A stretch of DNA of 64,000 nt from Diplonema japonicum (taxonomy: Eukaryota > Protista > Euglenozoa: Diplonemea). Positions 45,435 to 56,684 of the stretch are shown here, piece after piece. Made by a program: the position numbers and the translations under genes. The notes under the pieces are model-generated. The model saw only the letters and a program-made list of their open reading frames with translations. It did no database searches and was not told the origin of the DNA. The first letter of the stretch is position 1. Each line of letters opens with the position of its first letter. The DNA lies in NCBI GenBank assembly GCA_964019335.1, contig OZ025649.1, positions 682,001 to 746,000 on the forward strand, in the 5' to 3' direction.

Positions 45435-47264
45435 AGTTTACACTTAACTATAATTAACTCTTCTCCCTCTCTCTCCTTTCTTTTTAAATTTTAATTAAAG
45501 ATCTTTTTTTTCCATTCTCTTGTCATGTTAAAAGAAGAATGTTTACTTGATATAAATAAATGGTGTGAACCTTGACTCTCTCCCTCCCTCCCAACTTCAA
45601 GTTCACCGAAGCCTTCTCCTCACGGGTGTTCTTGTTTCTGCTTCTCTTCAGGGGTCCTCCTGCCCCACCCACCTAAACACACATGCTGTTTCTGAAGTAT
45701 TCATTCAGGATGATCAGTACGTGGTCTCAGACCAACTTAATGCCAGTTCCATTTAGGTTACCAGCAGTCCCCTCCTTCTCACTCCTTCGTGTGAAATCCG
45801 TTTTTCATTCCCCGGGCAACTCCTCCCGTGCCGCTGTACCCTTTTCGGTGTCAGTGTCAGTGTGGCTCTGCTTGCAGCTTCTTCTGACAGTAAAATAATA
45901 GACTCTGCACCCCAAGCGATTTCCTCTTGCTGCAGCGAAACCTGCTCTGGAGATTTCCCCTTCTTTCTTTTTTGTTTTACAGCTTTTCTTCTTTTTTGTC
46001 TTTTCCATATGATTATTTTGCAGGGAGATAAAAAGAAACGAGAGAAAAAGAGTAACTTGAACTGGGAGGGGAAGAAATGTACCCTCTTCTTACCCTTTGC
46101 ATACCCCTGCCGCCCTTTCTTTGAAATAAATCTCACCGAGGTCATGCTTTTGTAGCAGAAGCACAATGGCCACCCCCCTGGTGAATTAGTTGCCCGAACA
46201 GAAGAACATGGGAGTGTCAACTAACTCCAGGGGTTTTCCTTCTTCTTCTTTTAACAGAATAGAGATACTGCAACTTCTATAGGCACGTTAAAGAAAAAAG
46301 AAGATATAGCGCAATGCTGGGGGAACAACGAGGAGTTTAAAAAGAAAAGAAAAGGAATTGACGAATTATTCATTGTTTTGTGAACAACGGTTACAAACTT
46401 TTTTACCGTAGAAGAATGATTTTTGTAATGCATAACGCTGCCTTACATTCTTTTTGATAATTACAATAACATGCATCGATCCATTACCCGAGTAGCGTGC
46501 AGCATCCGGGTGCCAGATGTGCTTTCCCCATCTACTTTCATCATCTCCCTTTTCTGTGTTGCAGCTTTGCTATGACATACCCTTGCAAGGCCGGGTCTAG
46601 ATCTTTATGTGCGCGAGCAGCCTCCTTTTGTGACCCCTCCACTTATTCTCTCTTTGCCTTCCCCATCTTGTCGCGTCGCACTTCCTGCTTTCATTTCTAC
46701 AATTTTCTTCCCCCTCCCCCTTCTTTTAAAAGGGTGGCCCTCCAGGAAGGGGCTTGTCCTGCACCTTGAGTTTTTCCTCCGACATAAATCGGCATATACC
46801 TCACGGATCACATAGAGCAAGCCACGTGGTACCTTGCAAGGAATCTTTTCGTTTACACTTTTTTTTGTCTATTTTTCTTTATTTCACCTCTTCCCTACCT
46901 CATCGAGCAGTCTTTCTAAAGACCGACGTTCCAAAAAGGAAAAAGTAACACATAACATATTGCAAGCATCGCTTTCATCGGTGGGCCTCAGCACTTGAGA
47001 CACATTTAGGCGTTTAAATTCTTTTCTTCCCTTTTCTCCAAGTACCCTTTCCCGCATTCTCCTACATTAGTCCTTAAGTAGTCTCTTTTCCCCCCCCATG
47101 TGTTTTCTACAGCAGAACGAGAATAATGTAACCCTTACGCTACCAGTCTATGATAACCATTTATCTCTTTTAGGCTTTGACGCCCTACTCCTGGTGGCCT
47201 AAGGGTTATGGAAAATGGCAGGGGGAAAAGAAAGATCATTACATCACCATCAGGAGGAGGGGGG

Positions 47265-49268
47265 ATGCTGGGGACAATATGGGTGATACACACAATGTGC
47301 CTGGCCAGCGGGGTCATTGACTACCCCTTAGATGCCATGCCGAGGATGGAGCAGAGCTATGGCCAGCACGGGAGGGAGGGGGTTGTGTTGAATGACAAAG
47401 AACCCATCCGCATCAGCTGGTTTCTTCATAATTTAACGTGCACGGGAAGCGGGCGGTGTTTCTGCTCTGAGGCAGGCGACAAGGTGAATAACTTCCAAGG
47501 GACTGACTTCACGTGTAAGGAAGAAGACGTGTTGACCGCGGAGAAGGAGGAGTACCTCACGCTCATCATGGGTGAGGCAGTGGCCTTTCTCCAAAAGGCT
47601 ATGCGCGTCCACCACGTGAATGGGCCTCTCAAAGGTGCGGCCCCAATATGCGGGATTCCTATGCCATCTGACCACTCGGACGTGAGGGGGGTCATGCTCC
47701 CAGCAGACCACCTTGTCACCGGTGTCCCAGAAACGGATTTCATCGTCTACGCCACTTCGGTTCCCTCTTCTAACCAGACGCAAGCCTGGGCTCTCTCTTG
47801 CCAGCTCGACCATCGTGAACGGCCCATCGTCGCTATGATCAACTTCGTCCCCGCCCTCCTCACCCCCGCCTCCAAGGTCACCGCACCCGCCGAACATACA
47901 AACTCTGTCAACACTGCCATCCATGAGCTCTTCCACGCCCTTGGCTACTCCGTGCAGTACTACACCTCCACAAGATGGTTCCCCACCTACCCCATCAAGG
48001 AAATCAACGGCAGACACTTCTTCACCGGTTCCAAGGTCCTCGAAAAAGCAAAAGAGCACTTTAACTGCTCCGAGCTCCAAGGCCTCGAACTCGAGAACCA
48101 AGGTGGGACCGGGACCATGCTCTCTCATTGGGAAAAGAGGATCCTCGGGAACGAAGCTATGACTGGTGCGCAGACAGATGAAGTGTCGGTGATTTCCGAG
48201 ATGACCCTCGCCTACTTTGAGGACTCGGGTCTGTACAGCGTAGACTACAGCATGGCGGGGAAGCTGAGGTTCGGGAAAGACAAGGGCTGCTCGTTTGTGC
48301 AAGATCGCTGCGACAAGATTGAGCCAAGGTCTGATTTTTGCTTCCCGGAACCATCAGAGCCGTACAGGGAGCAGTGTACATCGTCGCTTCTGGCACATGG
48401 CCCGTGCATGGTGGCACAGTACAACGCCGACCTCGACCCGGAGTACCAGTACTTCAGCGACCCGAAGCGTGGAGGATATGTAACCTTTTCGGACTACTGC
48501 CCTTTCTACAGTGCGCTGACGCAATGCACGGATGAAGACACCCATGACACGTTGTGCCCGAAGTACATTACTGAGAGAGACTGCGTAGTAGTGAAGGGAT
48601 GCGTGTGGGGGACAACCTGCGTGAGCATCAAGCACGTGGTGCAGGGTGAGTCCTTTGGTGCGTCATCAAGGTGCTTCAAGTCAGATGTGGTTGCGAAGGG
48701 ATGGAAGATCAACAGTGCCAGCAGGTGTTTTGATGTGACATGTGCCGCAGACAGCGCGTCGTACTTGGTCCGCGTGGGGACACATGATGTGTACTGTGGG
48801 CAGAACAATGCAGTGGGCATCACACCGGAAGGCTTCTCAGGCGACTGGATCGGAAGCATTCCGTGTGAAGACCCTTCTTTGTTATGTGACGGGACTGTTA
48901 AGGTAGGCGAAGTGCCATCGCCGCCGCCAATGCCGGAGACCAATCCTCCCGGGAAGAACAATGAGATCGATGTGAAGGCGCTGCTTCCCGTGGTGGGTGG
49001 TGGTGTCGCAGTGGTTATAATCGCCTTTGTTCTCTATAGATGGTATGTCATAGCATAGGGACAGTTAAACACGTTACCATTAACTTACAGTGTCTGCAAG
49101 TCGAAGCAGAAAGAGCCAAAGGGTGCGATGAAGAAGAACACGCGTGAGTTTGTCATGCCGCCTGCCACTATTCAAACGCAGAAGCTAGATGACGTCGTAG
49201 TCATGGACACCATGGATGGCCAGCCACTGCAGTCTCCTCTGCTTCCTTCGGGTCAGGTTGCTTCTTAG
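47265..49268 (+). CDS. GP63: Leishmanolysin/GP63 (peptidase M8) with C-terminal TM helix and cytoplasmic tail; intron 49043-49090
   Basis: AIHELFHALG (HExxH), GLELENQGG.GT..SHWEKR...NEAM, MTLAYFEDSG.Y.VDY, FSDYCP. The start could be 47208. Confidence 0.93.
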
Positions 49269-50941
49269 TCTACTTTTGCTTTTCAGAGGGGATGGGTTGT
49301 TCCATTCTGTTGCTGCTGATTTGATGGTAGCGCTCTTTGCTTGATCATTTCCAAAGGGCCTTTGCCTGCAGGTTGGACACCCTCACAACATTAGTATGTT
49401 GATTAAATATAATGATCTGGTGGGAGAAATGGTTACGGTGTTCCTCCATTTTTTTTTAAAAACAAGAGTTCCCTTTCAACGACACCTTTTTTAAAGTTCT
49501 TTTTTTTTTTTTCCCCTTCACTTGGCGTAGTGCGTACTTTTCTACTCCAATTGTTTTTTAAAAAAAAAAGAGAACAGAAAAGCGACAAAGAATGGGGGGA
49601 AGGGGGGAAAAATAAAACGGTCAGTACATTAGTTCAGGAGGTCACTCCTTGTTTCTTTCTTTTTTTTTTTTTTTTTTTTTTTTTTGTTCTTCACTCTCTC
49701 TTCATTCCTTAAGCGAGGCATACCGATATCTAGGTAGTACCTACGCATTTTATGTTCACTTTTTACTGTGTGGTGCTAACTATAAAGAAAAAAAAGAAGA
49801 AAAAAAAAAGATGATTTACGAACTCCATCGGATTTTTGCATAGAAAGAAAGGAACCGAAACAGGAAGAATTTTTCTCTTTTTTTTTTTTTTCCCCCTTGT
49901 TTCGATCAGGGCTTCCTGTGAACACGGTAAAAGGGGGCATGTTGAGAGGTAAGGAAGAAAAACAAAGAACCATGACCATTACTGCGTCCAAAGCTTGATT
50001 TGACCTGCTGATTGTCGAAGCTATGTCGGTTCGGAGTGAACTTTTGTCCTCTCTTCTTGTTTGTTTTTGTTTCTGTTCTGTTTTCTCCATTCGATTTTGG
50101 GTCCAGTGTGAATGCGTGCCTTTCTCCCGCTCTCCCCAGGTACCCAGGTTCTTTTTTTTTTTTTTTTTTTTTTTTTGCTTGAACAAGAAGAACAATATAT
50201 TGATAATGAATTGTTAATGCTAAAAAAGAGTAGTGGCAGCATTGCTGGGCTTATCCTTCTACAGGTCAACCCCCGCTGTGCATACAACATACAATCAACC
50301 GACTCTTTTTTTTTTTATGACATTTATCTTTATTCTATAATATAACTATTTGTGCAACTTGTGCCGAGCAAGCAACTTTCACAGCTTTTTTAAAGGTATT
50401 TTTAGCTCGTGCGAACAAAAGAAAACATGTAGTCATAAAGAGAACAACAAAGACATGTCATAAAAATATATATATTTTTTTTTCTCGCTAACACTTGCTT
50501 GTTTTTTTTTTTTTTTTTGGTTTTGTTTTTTTTGTTACTCTTGGGTGAGGGCGGTGGAAAAGAAAAATAGAATAATAATAACACAGGAGCAAGGAGAATT
50601 ATCCACCGTTTTCCAAAGGAAAAGAAGAATAAGGAGGGGGAGGGGGAACATAACAGTCAAGGTGAACGCAATGAGACCTTTGGGTGCGAGCTCACACCAA
50701 TTCCTTTGCGCAGAAGAAGCGAGGGTGATTACTTCACATATCTGGAGTAGTGCTTCTAATCTCCAGGAAATGCAAAGAAGAAGAGGAGAAAAGCCCTGCG
50801 AAGGCAAAAAAAATAAAAAAGAAGAAAACTAGTTCTGCCATTAGTATCGACAACAGAATTGTTAAACAAAAAGAATGGATTCTGATTGCGTCATAGTAGG
50901 GCACATCGAATGCCACGGTTTTTGTTTTTGTTTTTGTTTAA

Positions 50942-53012
50942 CCCTTATGCGGCCGGGGGGGTCTAATTGATTTTTGGATTTTCTTGATTTTGGGCTCTTG
51001 TTGGCATGGATCGAACATACTGAAGTCTTGGGGTTATTTCTTGATTCGAGGTACGCATTTGAAAGATATTTGAAATCTGCGTTCATTCCACTAAGTATTT
51101 TGTCGCGAGGACCCTTTTTTCGCAACTCAAGGGTTGGGTGTTCTTTGTTCCTTAGGATGCACGCATTGATAATTGTTACACCAAGCATGTTATGAAACAC
51201 TTTCGTGTACCACCGTTTCGATTTAACCTCTCTTCGGAATTTGGCAAGCCCCGCATCGCAGGCACCCCCCATGTGCCTATTTTAGAGATCAGCAAGATAC
51301 GGGCGTTCGTATGTGACCTTTCGTCCGAGGGATTATCGAAACGTGTTCTTGAAACTGTTGCTTCGTCTACAGGTAAAGTAGATAAAAGGCGCACGTCTCG
51401 TCTGCGACCAAGCAAGGTAGACCAGACCAGACTTGTTCTGATATGTCATGCTACCTGCTTCCATGGCACTCACGTCGGGTGGATCCCTCCGGTTTTTTCG
51501 GACCGTTCCACAGCAGTGTATTCCCACTTCTCTCATTTCGCGGAAGAGCTGAACACTGCTATACCAATTGTAATGTAAGTGGTAACCTTTGTCCTCATAT
51601 GCAGAGAGGAGCTTTCTTACAACAGCCTTCGGTGTTTCCCCTGCAAGTGTCGACCTCTGCCCTTCGTACACCATTATGTCGAGGCAGTACCGTGTGATGG
51701 AGGCTTCCTCTTCTTCAATATCTTCCTCTTCCTCTTGTTCTTCATCACCCCTCGTCAGAAGTAGGTGTCTCGTCATCGCTAAACAGGTCCAAAAAGCCTA
51801 AATGAGGCTGGGGGCTGCCCCCAATACGTTCGTTGTGTGCTGGCATGTTGATTTTAATAGGACTACAAATGGCCAAAAAAACACCCGTTTTTGGGGTGGC
51901 ACCCGGTGTCTCGGTACCCCCTTTAGGGTTGAAGTTATGAAGTTTCAGATAAATACAAATAGCGCATTTAACGCAGATTTTATATAACTCGAGCCGGGTT
52001 TTCAAGGGTGGGAGTGAAAATAATATTTTACATTATGTCACTCCCAGCTTTATTTTTCACTCCCAGTTTACCTTGAAATTAGGCCCAGGAGTGAAATAAT
52101 GTTCGAGCGTGAAATAATGTAACATTATTTCACTCCTGGGCCTAATTTCACCTATTTCGCCTATTTTTACAATGGGAAGGAAGCCGAAGGCAATGGGCAA
52201 AAAGGTGAAGGGTACAAAGGCAGAGGCGTCGAAGATCATGAACGCCAGCTTGCCATGAAAAGCACCAGCACTTACGAAGCAGAGTGGCAGCCGCTTTTGC
52301 TCTTTTCACAACTTCAGAACAACAAGATCGAAAAGCCCGACGGAAGACGAGTTAGTATAGTATTTCCAAGATATGAAGGACAATTTGGGCAAGTTACAGC
52401 AAGATCAACGCCATCATCCAACGAGACTTCGGTAAAAAAATGCAGAGCTTTCCCAGGGTTGCACTTCTTTTGAAGCGCTTTGAAGAAGGCCATGAGGTGA
52501 AAAAAGCTTCGGTGTTTAGTCAGGAACAAATGAAAGAGTATCTGGCAATGAAAATCAGCGACCCCTACAACATAGTGTGTCAGGCATATGCAGCTTGCAT
52601 GTTTGCAGGACAAAAGAGTCACACAAACTGAAATTTAGCGACGACACCCTGTAACCCAAATCCCACTTTTCACCTGTTGTAACCCTGCAACCTCCCACCC
52701 TTTCAAACCCGGCTCTTGTTAAATAAACAACGTATTAGTGAAAATAAGAGCATTATTCCACTTGTGGTGGCAGGTTTAACTCGTAGCTTTTTACTTCACT
52801 CGCTTCGCTCGTGAACTAAGATCCCTACTCGTTAAACCCCCTGCCACCACGCGTGAAATAATGCTATCTTATTTTCACTTAATAAATAGCTATTAAATAT
52901 CTTTCCATTCCATCTTTTTTCCGTGAAAACCGGTCCAAGACTTTGGTTTGAATGGACCCGAGAACACTACACCTATTATCTACTCAAATATGAGTAGTTG
53001 GCCGCATAAGGG
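50942..53012 (-). mobile_element. Non-autonomous piggyBac element with intact ends
   Basis: 13-bp perfect TIRs CCCTTATGCGGCC (50942-50954 and 53000-53012), each flanked by TTAA. Minus-strand transposase remnants YCLDIMVYEG, KGYHLHY-NWYSSVQLF, GIHCCGTVRKNR, RRDVRLLST, MGG.D...KRWYTKVF...IINA. Confidence 0.93.
51957..52894 (+). mobile_element. Crypton-like tyrosine-recombinase element remnant nested in the piggyBac
   Basis: Frameshifted ORF pieces KSTSTYEAEW... and FPRVALLLKRFEEGHEVKKASVFSQEQMKEYL...AACMFAG resemble the N-terminal part of Crypton-type recombinases. 30-bp perfect inverted repeat 52074-52103/52121-52150; long hairpin 52733-52884 with apex TTCACTCGCTTCGCTCGTGAA; inverted repeat 51979-52014/52692-52727. 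Boundaries are approximate. Confidence 0.7.
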
Positions 53013-53438
53013 TTAAACTTAAATTTTTTACCTCTCAGATCCTTATGCATAATTGATATCAATATTGTAGCTTTAACCTGTTCCCCTTTATCTGTGGAGT
53101 TGACGACAGAGGGAAAGATGACAGTCACCAGAATAGATAGTGTTGAAAAGAAAGTGAGGAGGGGAAAAAGGGGAAAATACACACGAAGGCAGAACCCGAA
53201 CCGCTGTGCTGCCATGAATAAAAGAGGGTTTGCTTTTCTCGTCCCTCTCCCCCCTCACTGTTTCTTCTTCCCCCCCCCTATTTTATTCTTCTTTAGTCTA
53301 TTATGCTCCACCACTGTGGCTTGATCTGGTACTTCGGGGGTATTCCCTTTTTTTTTTTTCCCTTTTCATCTGGACTTCCTTCTTCCTTCCTCCTTTCTTA
53401 AGGTCCAACAAATAGATTTGAACAGGACGAGCCGGGGG

Positions 53439-55088
53439 ATGAAAAAGTGGCAACGTGTGAACTTGAGCACAACAATGGATATCCTAGAAGCATTCACGCA
53501 GGCTAGAGTGATGCATGCACGTGTGATTACAGGTGTCGAGAGTACGTTAGAGCAAAGAGGCCGTCTGCTTGGGTTCCAAGATGTAGCGCGATATATGGGG
53601 TTGGTTGGTAGTGGGGGAGAAGGTAGGTGGGGTCTCGTGAAGCATCTAGCTGATAAGCATCCTGTAAGCTATGCAGACGTGTGCAGGGTCGCAAGGGGTG
53701 TTGGTGTGGTCCGGACAGACGGACAGCGCGAGGCGTGCAAGACGATCGCGTCAGTGTTGAAGAAAGAGCCGTTTCTTATTGAGCAGATGCCGCATGACGA
53801 CTTCCTGGCCACTCTCACAACCCTGCATCACTCCGGTACCCTGCCCTTTATCTCTCAGTTGTTCGTTAGTGAAGCTGTTCGCCGTCTCACCACTTACACT
53901 ACACCACCCGCCTCCACCCTCGCCCTCACCACCCTTGTCCTCACTCAAAGCATTCCCCTTCTCACTCATCTTGAGGCACACCCCTCCCACGCCCTCCCGC
54001 TCACCCCCAGAGGATGCCTCGCCATCTTTCAGCTTGCCAGGAAGCACAACACCCCGAAGCTATCCCAAGCCTGCAAGCAATACCTATCTGAGGTGGACAC
54101 CTCTCTCTTAACACTGGGCGATGCAGCTACGTGCCTGCTGGCATCTAGTCTCGCGAAGGGCAGCGCACGCGACTGTTTGAAGTTTTTAGAGCACATCGAG
54201 CGTTTGACCGGCGTGCACGCGATGGGTGATGGAATAGCTGAGAGGCTCCCCCGGCGCAAGAGGAAGGGTTTGGCTGTTTGGGGTCAGAAGCCAGGTGCGA
54301 CCTCGCCTGTCTCACCACGAAAGGTGTCTGTTGGTGAAGCGGTGTTGCAGAGACGGGTGCTACAGGTGAGTGCGACAGGATGGGTGCTTGTGTTCCTCAA
54401 AGGACTGTTGAAATGGCGGTCGGTCATTGACAAGTCGAGGTTTCAGCCGATGATCGACTGGTGCGTCATGAAGGCGATGACGACGTCTTCAGAAGCACTG
54501 CGTGCAGGCACCTTGAATGGTGCGCGAAAGTTAGGCTGGTGGCACGCCCCTCTTCTGGAGCTGCAGGTGCAGCACTGCACTGCTTCCACACTGATTGAGA
54601 CCTTGCACCTTGTTGCGAGGTTGCCGTCTTCTTCTAAAGGTGCTTACTACAGTGCCCTCCTTTCCCACGCCGATGAGTCCATCGGGACTCTCGTGTTCAA
54701 AGGGCCAAAATCTTTCATCCATCTGATTCACGTGCACCGCGACAGCCTGACGTACCTCACAGCGGATCACTCCCTGACACTCTCAAATCTTATCAAAGCC
54801 GCTTCTTCTTTCAAAGAGCCTACAGTGCCTCGCACATACTTGCGTCTCTTCCTAGCTGCTTCATATGGCAGACAGTACTTCCCGTATCTCGAAAGGATCG
54901 CAGCGCAGACAGGTGCTGTTGTGCAAACGCAGAGGTTCTTGAAGTCTTGCAAGCAAGCACCTCATCTGGGCCCTGTGATCATTGCCCTCAAGCAGCTAGG
55001 CCTCGACCCTCGGCACTGGCAAGTCCACAAGCAGCACGGTGGGTTAGATGCACGGAAGAATCCGTGGAAGCTTAAGAGAGCGGTGTAA
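53439..55088 (+). CDS. Hypothetical Leu/Ala-rich helical protein (possibly organellar)
   Basis: Uninterrupted ~550-aa ORF; no recognised motif. Confidence 0.7.
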   Translation: MKKWQRVNLSTTMDILEAFTQARVMHARVITGVESTLEQRGRLLGFQDVARYMGLVGSGGEGRWGLVKHLADKHPVSYADVCRVARGVGVVRTDGQREACKTIASVLKKEPFLIEQMPHDDFLATLTTLHHSGTLPFISQLFVSEAVRRLTTYTTPPASTLALTTLVLTQSIPLLTHLEAHPSHALPLTPRGCLAIFQLARKHNTPKLSQACKQYLSEVDTSLLTLGDAATCLLASSLAKGSARDCLKFLEHIERLTGVHAMGDGIAERLPRRKRKGLAVWGQKPGATSPVSPRKVSVGEAVLQRRVLQVSATGWVLVFLKGLLKWRSVIDKSRFQPMIDWCVMKAMTTSSEALRAGTLNGARKLGWWHAPLLELQVQHCTASTLIETLHLVARLPSSSKGAYYSALLSHADESIGTLVFKGPKSFIHLIHVHRDSLTYLTADHSLTLSNLIKAASSFKEPTVPRTYLRLFLAASYGRQYFPYLERIAAQTGAVVQTQRFLKSCKQAPHLGPVIIALKQLGLDPRHWQVHKQHGGLDARKNPWKLKRAV

Positions 55089-55147
55089 CTTTACAGTACT
55101 TTTTATTTTATTTTTAAATAAGAATTTTGTGGTCATGATAGGGCATT

Positions 55148-55534
55148 ATGTCAAAGCTGAGCCTGACTTCAGAACCTGCAGAGCCTGATCAGAACTGTGC
55201 GCCTGAGGGCTTCCTGACAAGAGTGCAGCGAGAGAGGATCAGGAGATGGCTCGATAAGGTAGTGCCTCCGTCAGTTGGTACGGAACTGCCTGACCCGATG
55301 CAGTACTTGTGCGATCAGGGTGCCCTGAAACCCGGGAAGAAGAAGCGCATCAATCTCCATAAGGTGCTGCCAAAGAACGCCCCGTGCCCCGCTTGGTCTG
55401 CCTTTCCACCCGACCCCTTGGTGAACCTCTTCGATCCCATCCCTGACCCATCTTACACTCTACCCTACTCCGCTGACCGGTTGTGGCGGAAGGAGCTTAA
55501 CGGCTGCGGCAGGGACAAGGACCTATGGTGCTGA
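55148..55534 (+). CDS. Small hypothetical protein
   Basis: 128-aa ATG-started ORF with coding-like GC content, between AT-rich spacers. Confidence 0.6.
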   Translation: MSKLSLTSEPAEPDQNCAPEGFLTRVQRERIRRWLDKVVPPSVGTELPDPMQYLCDQGALKPGKKKRINLHKVLPKNAPCPAWSAFPPDPLVNLFDPIPDPSYTLPYSADRLWRKELNGCGRDKDLWC

Positions 55535-55644
55535 CACGTGCAGCCGGCCCGATCTCTCATCTATCTAACTTGATTTTTTTTTTATATCACTGTCAACCTA
55601 AGGTCATCGGAGACAAAAACAGTTAGGTGGTGGTCATTAAGATC

Positions 55645-56397
55645 ATGGCCGACATTGAGCAGAGGGCGGCACACGTGCTGCTTGGGGTTTCCAAGAAACG
55701 GACTAAAAGAAAAGCTGTTTGTTTTGGGGCGTTGCGCGAGGAGCGGAGGTTGCCGCCTGTGGAGCCCAAGATACCGACAGAGACGATGAAGATGAAGGCA
55801 TTTCGAGGGGGGAAGACGCCCCCGTTGCTGAAGAGGAGGGTAATGGTGCAGATGGGTATACGGGAGAAAGGTGAGCTGACGCAGGATGAGACATACTGGA
55901 GCGGGAAGGTGCAGCGGCCATACAACCTGTCAAATCGAATATACGAGGTTCCAAGGCCAGCCGCGGCGCAAAATGTAGAAAGCTGTATCATGAATCTAGG
56001 TGCTTTTGACTCTTCCACAGGTAAGATACCAAGGTCGCTGAAAAAGCTGTTGTCTAAAGGAGTGAACGTGACGGGACGCGAGCGTGCAACGACTGGAAAC
56101 AGCGACAAGACAGTCCAACATGCAATCATCTCACAACATGCATCGGAGAGAGACCCCAACGACCCCCTGACTGCCATGGCAGTGCAGGACCTCATCCACC
56201 ACTCTCGCATGACTGACGGTACGTCCAGGAAGTCTAAGAAGAACGACACCGCTGGACTCACCCACTACTACCCCCCTGGAATCCCCATCCAGGTCACTTT
56301 CGTTGGCCCTACTCTCCACAAGACCACCAGGCCCTTACAGGTACCTAAGTCGCATACATCTACAAAATTTGAGCTCCCGAACCCAATTGATTCGTGA
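55645..56397 (+). CDS. Basic hypothetical protein
   Basis: 250-aa ORF with coding-like composition. Confidence 0.65.
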   Translation: MADIEQRAAHVLLGVSKKRTKRKAVCFGALREERRLPPVEPKIPTETMKMKAFRGGKTPPLLKRRVMVQMGIREKGELTQDETYWSGKVQRPYNLSNRIYEVPRPAAAQNVESCIMNLGAFDSSTGKIPRSLKKLLSKGVNVTGRERATTGNSDKTVQHAIISQHASERDPNDPLTAMAVQDLIHHSRMTDGTSRKSKKNDTAGLTHYYPPGIPIQVTFVGPTLHKTTRPLQVPKSHTSTKFELPNPIDS

Positions 56398-56684
56398 TAG
56401 CTTTCCAGCTATTCTTCTTTAAAAGACCTTAAAACAGGCCTGTTGTTTGGAAGCCCCCCCCCCCCCCCCCCCCCCCCCACTTCTCTTCTAACCAAAGAGA
56501 ACAGAAAGTCGTGAATCAGTGATTTCTTTTGATTTCTTTCTTATATTTTTTTTCTGCTTCCTTGAGTGTGTTTTTTTCTGCTTGCCACACAGCGCTTTGA
56601 CGTTGTTTTAGCATGAGGCTACTTCTTCGTCTGCGTTATGAATGGATGATATGGATGATAGGCTTTCTTACACACGCAGCAAAC

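Noticed and set aside
45440-47200. Long spacer upstream of GP63 examined for SL RNA, snRNA or a hidden gene
   Set aside because: No spliced-leader, Sm site or snRNA signature recognised, and no convincing ORF.
50340-50420. Possible second Crypton-like terminus (ATAACTATTTGTGCAAC...)
   Set aside because: No partner end, palindrome or ORF; the resemblance is from memory only.
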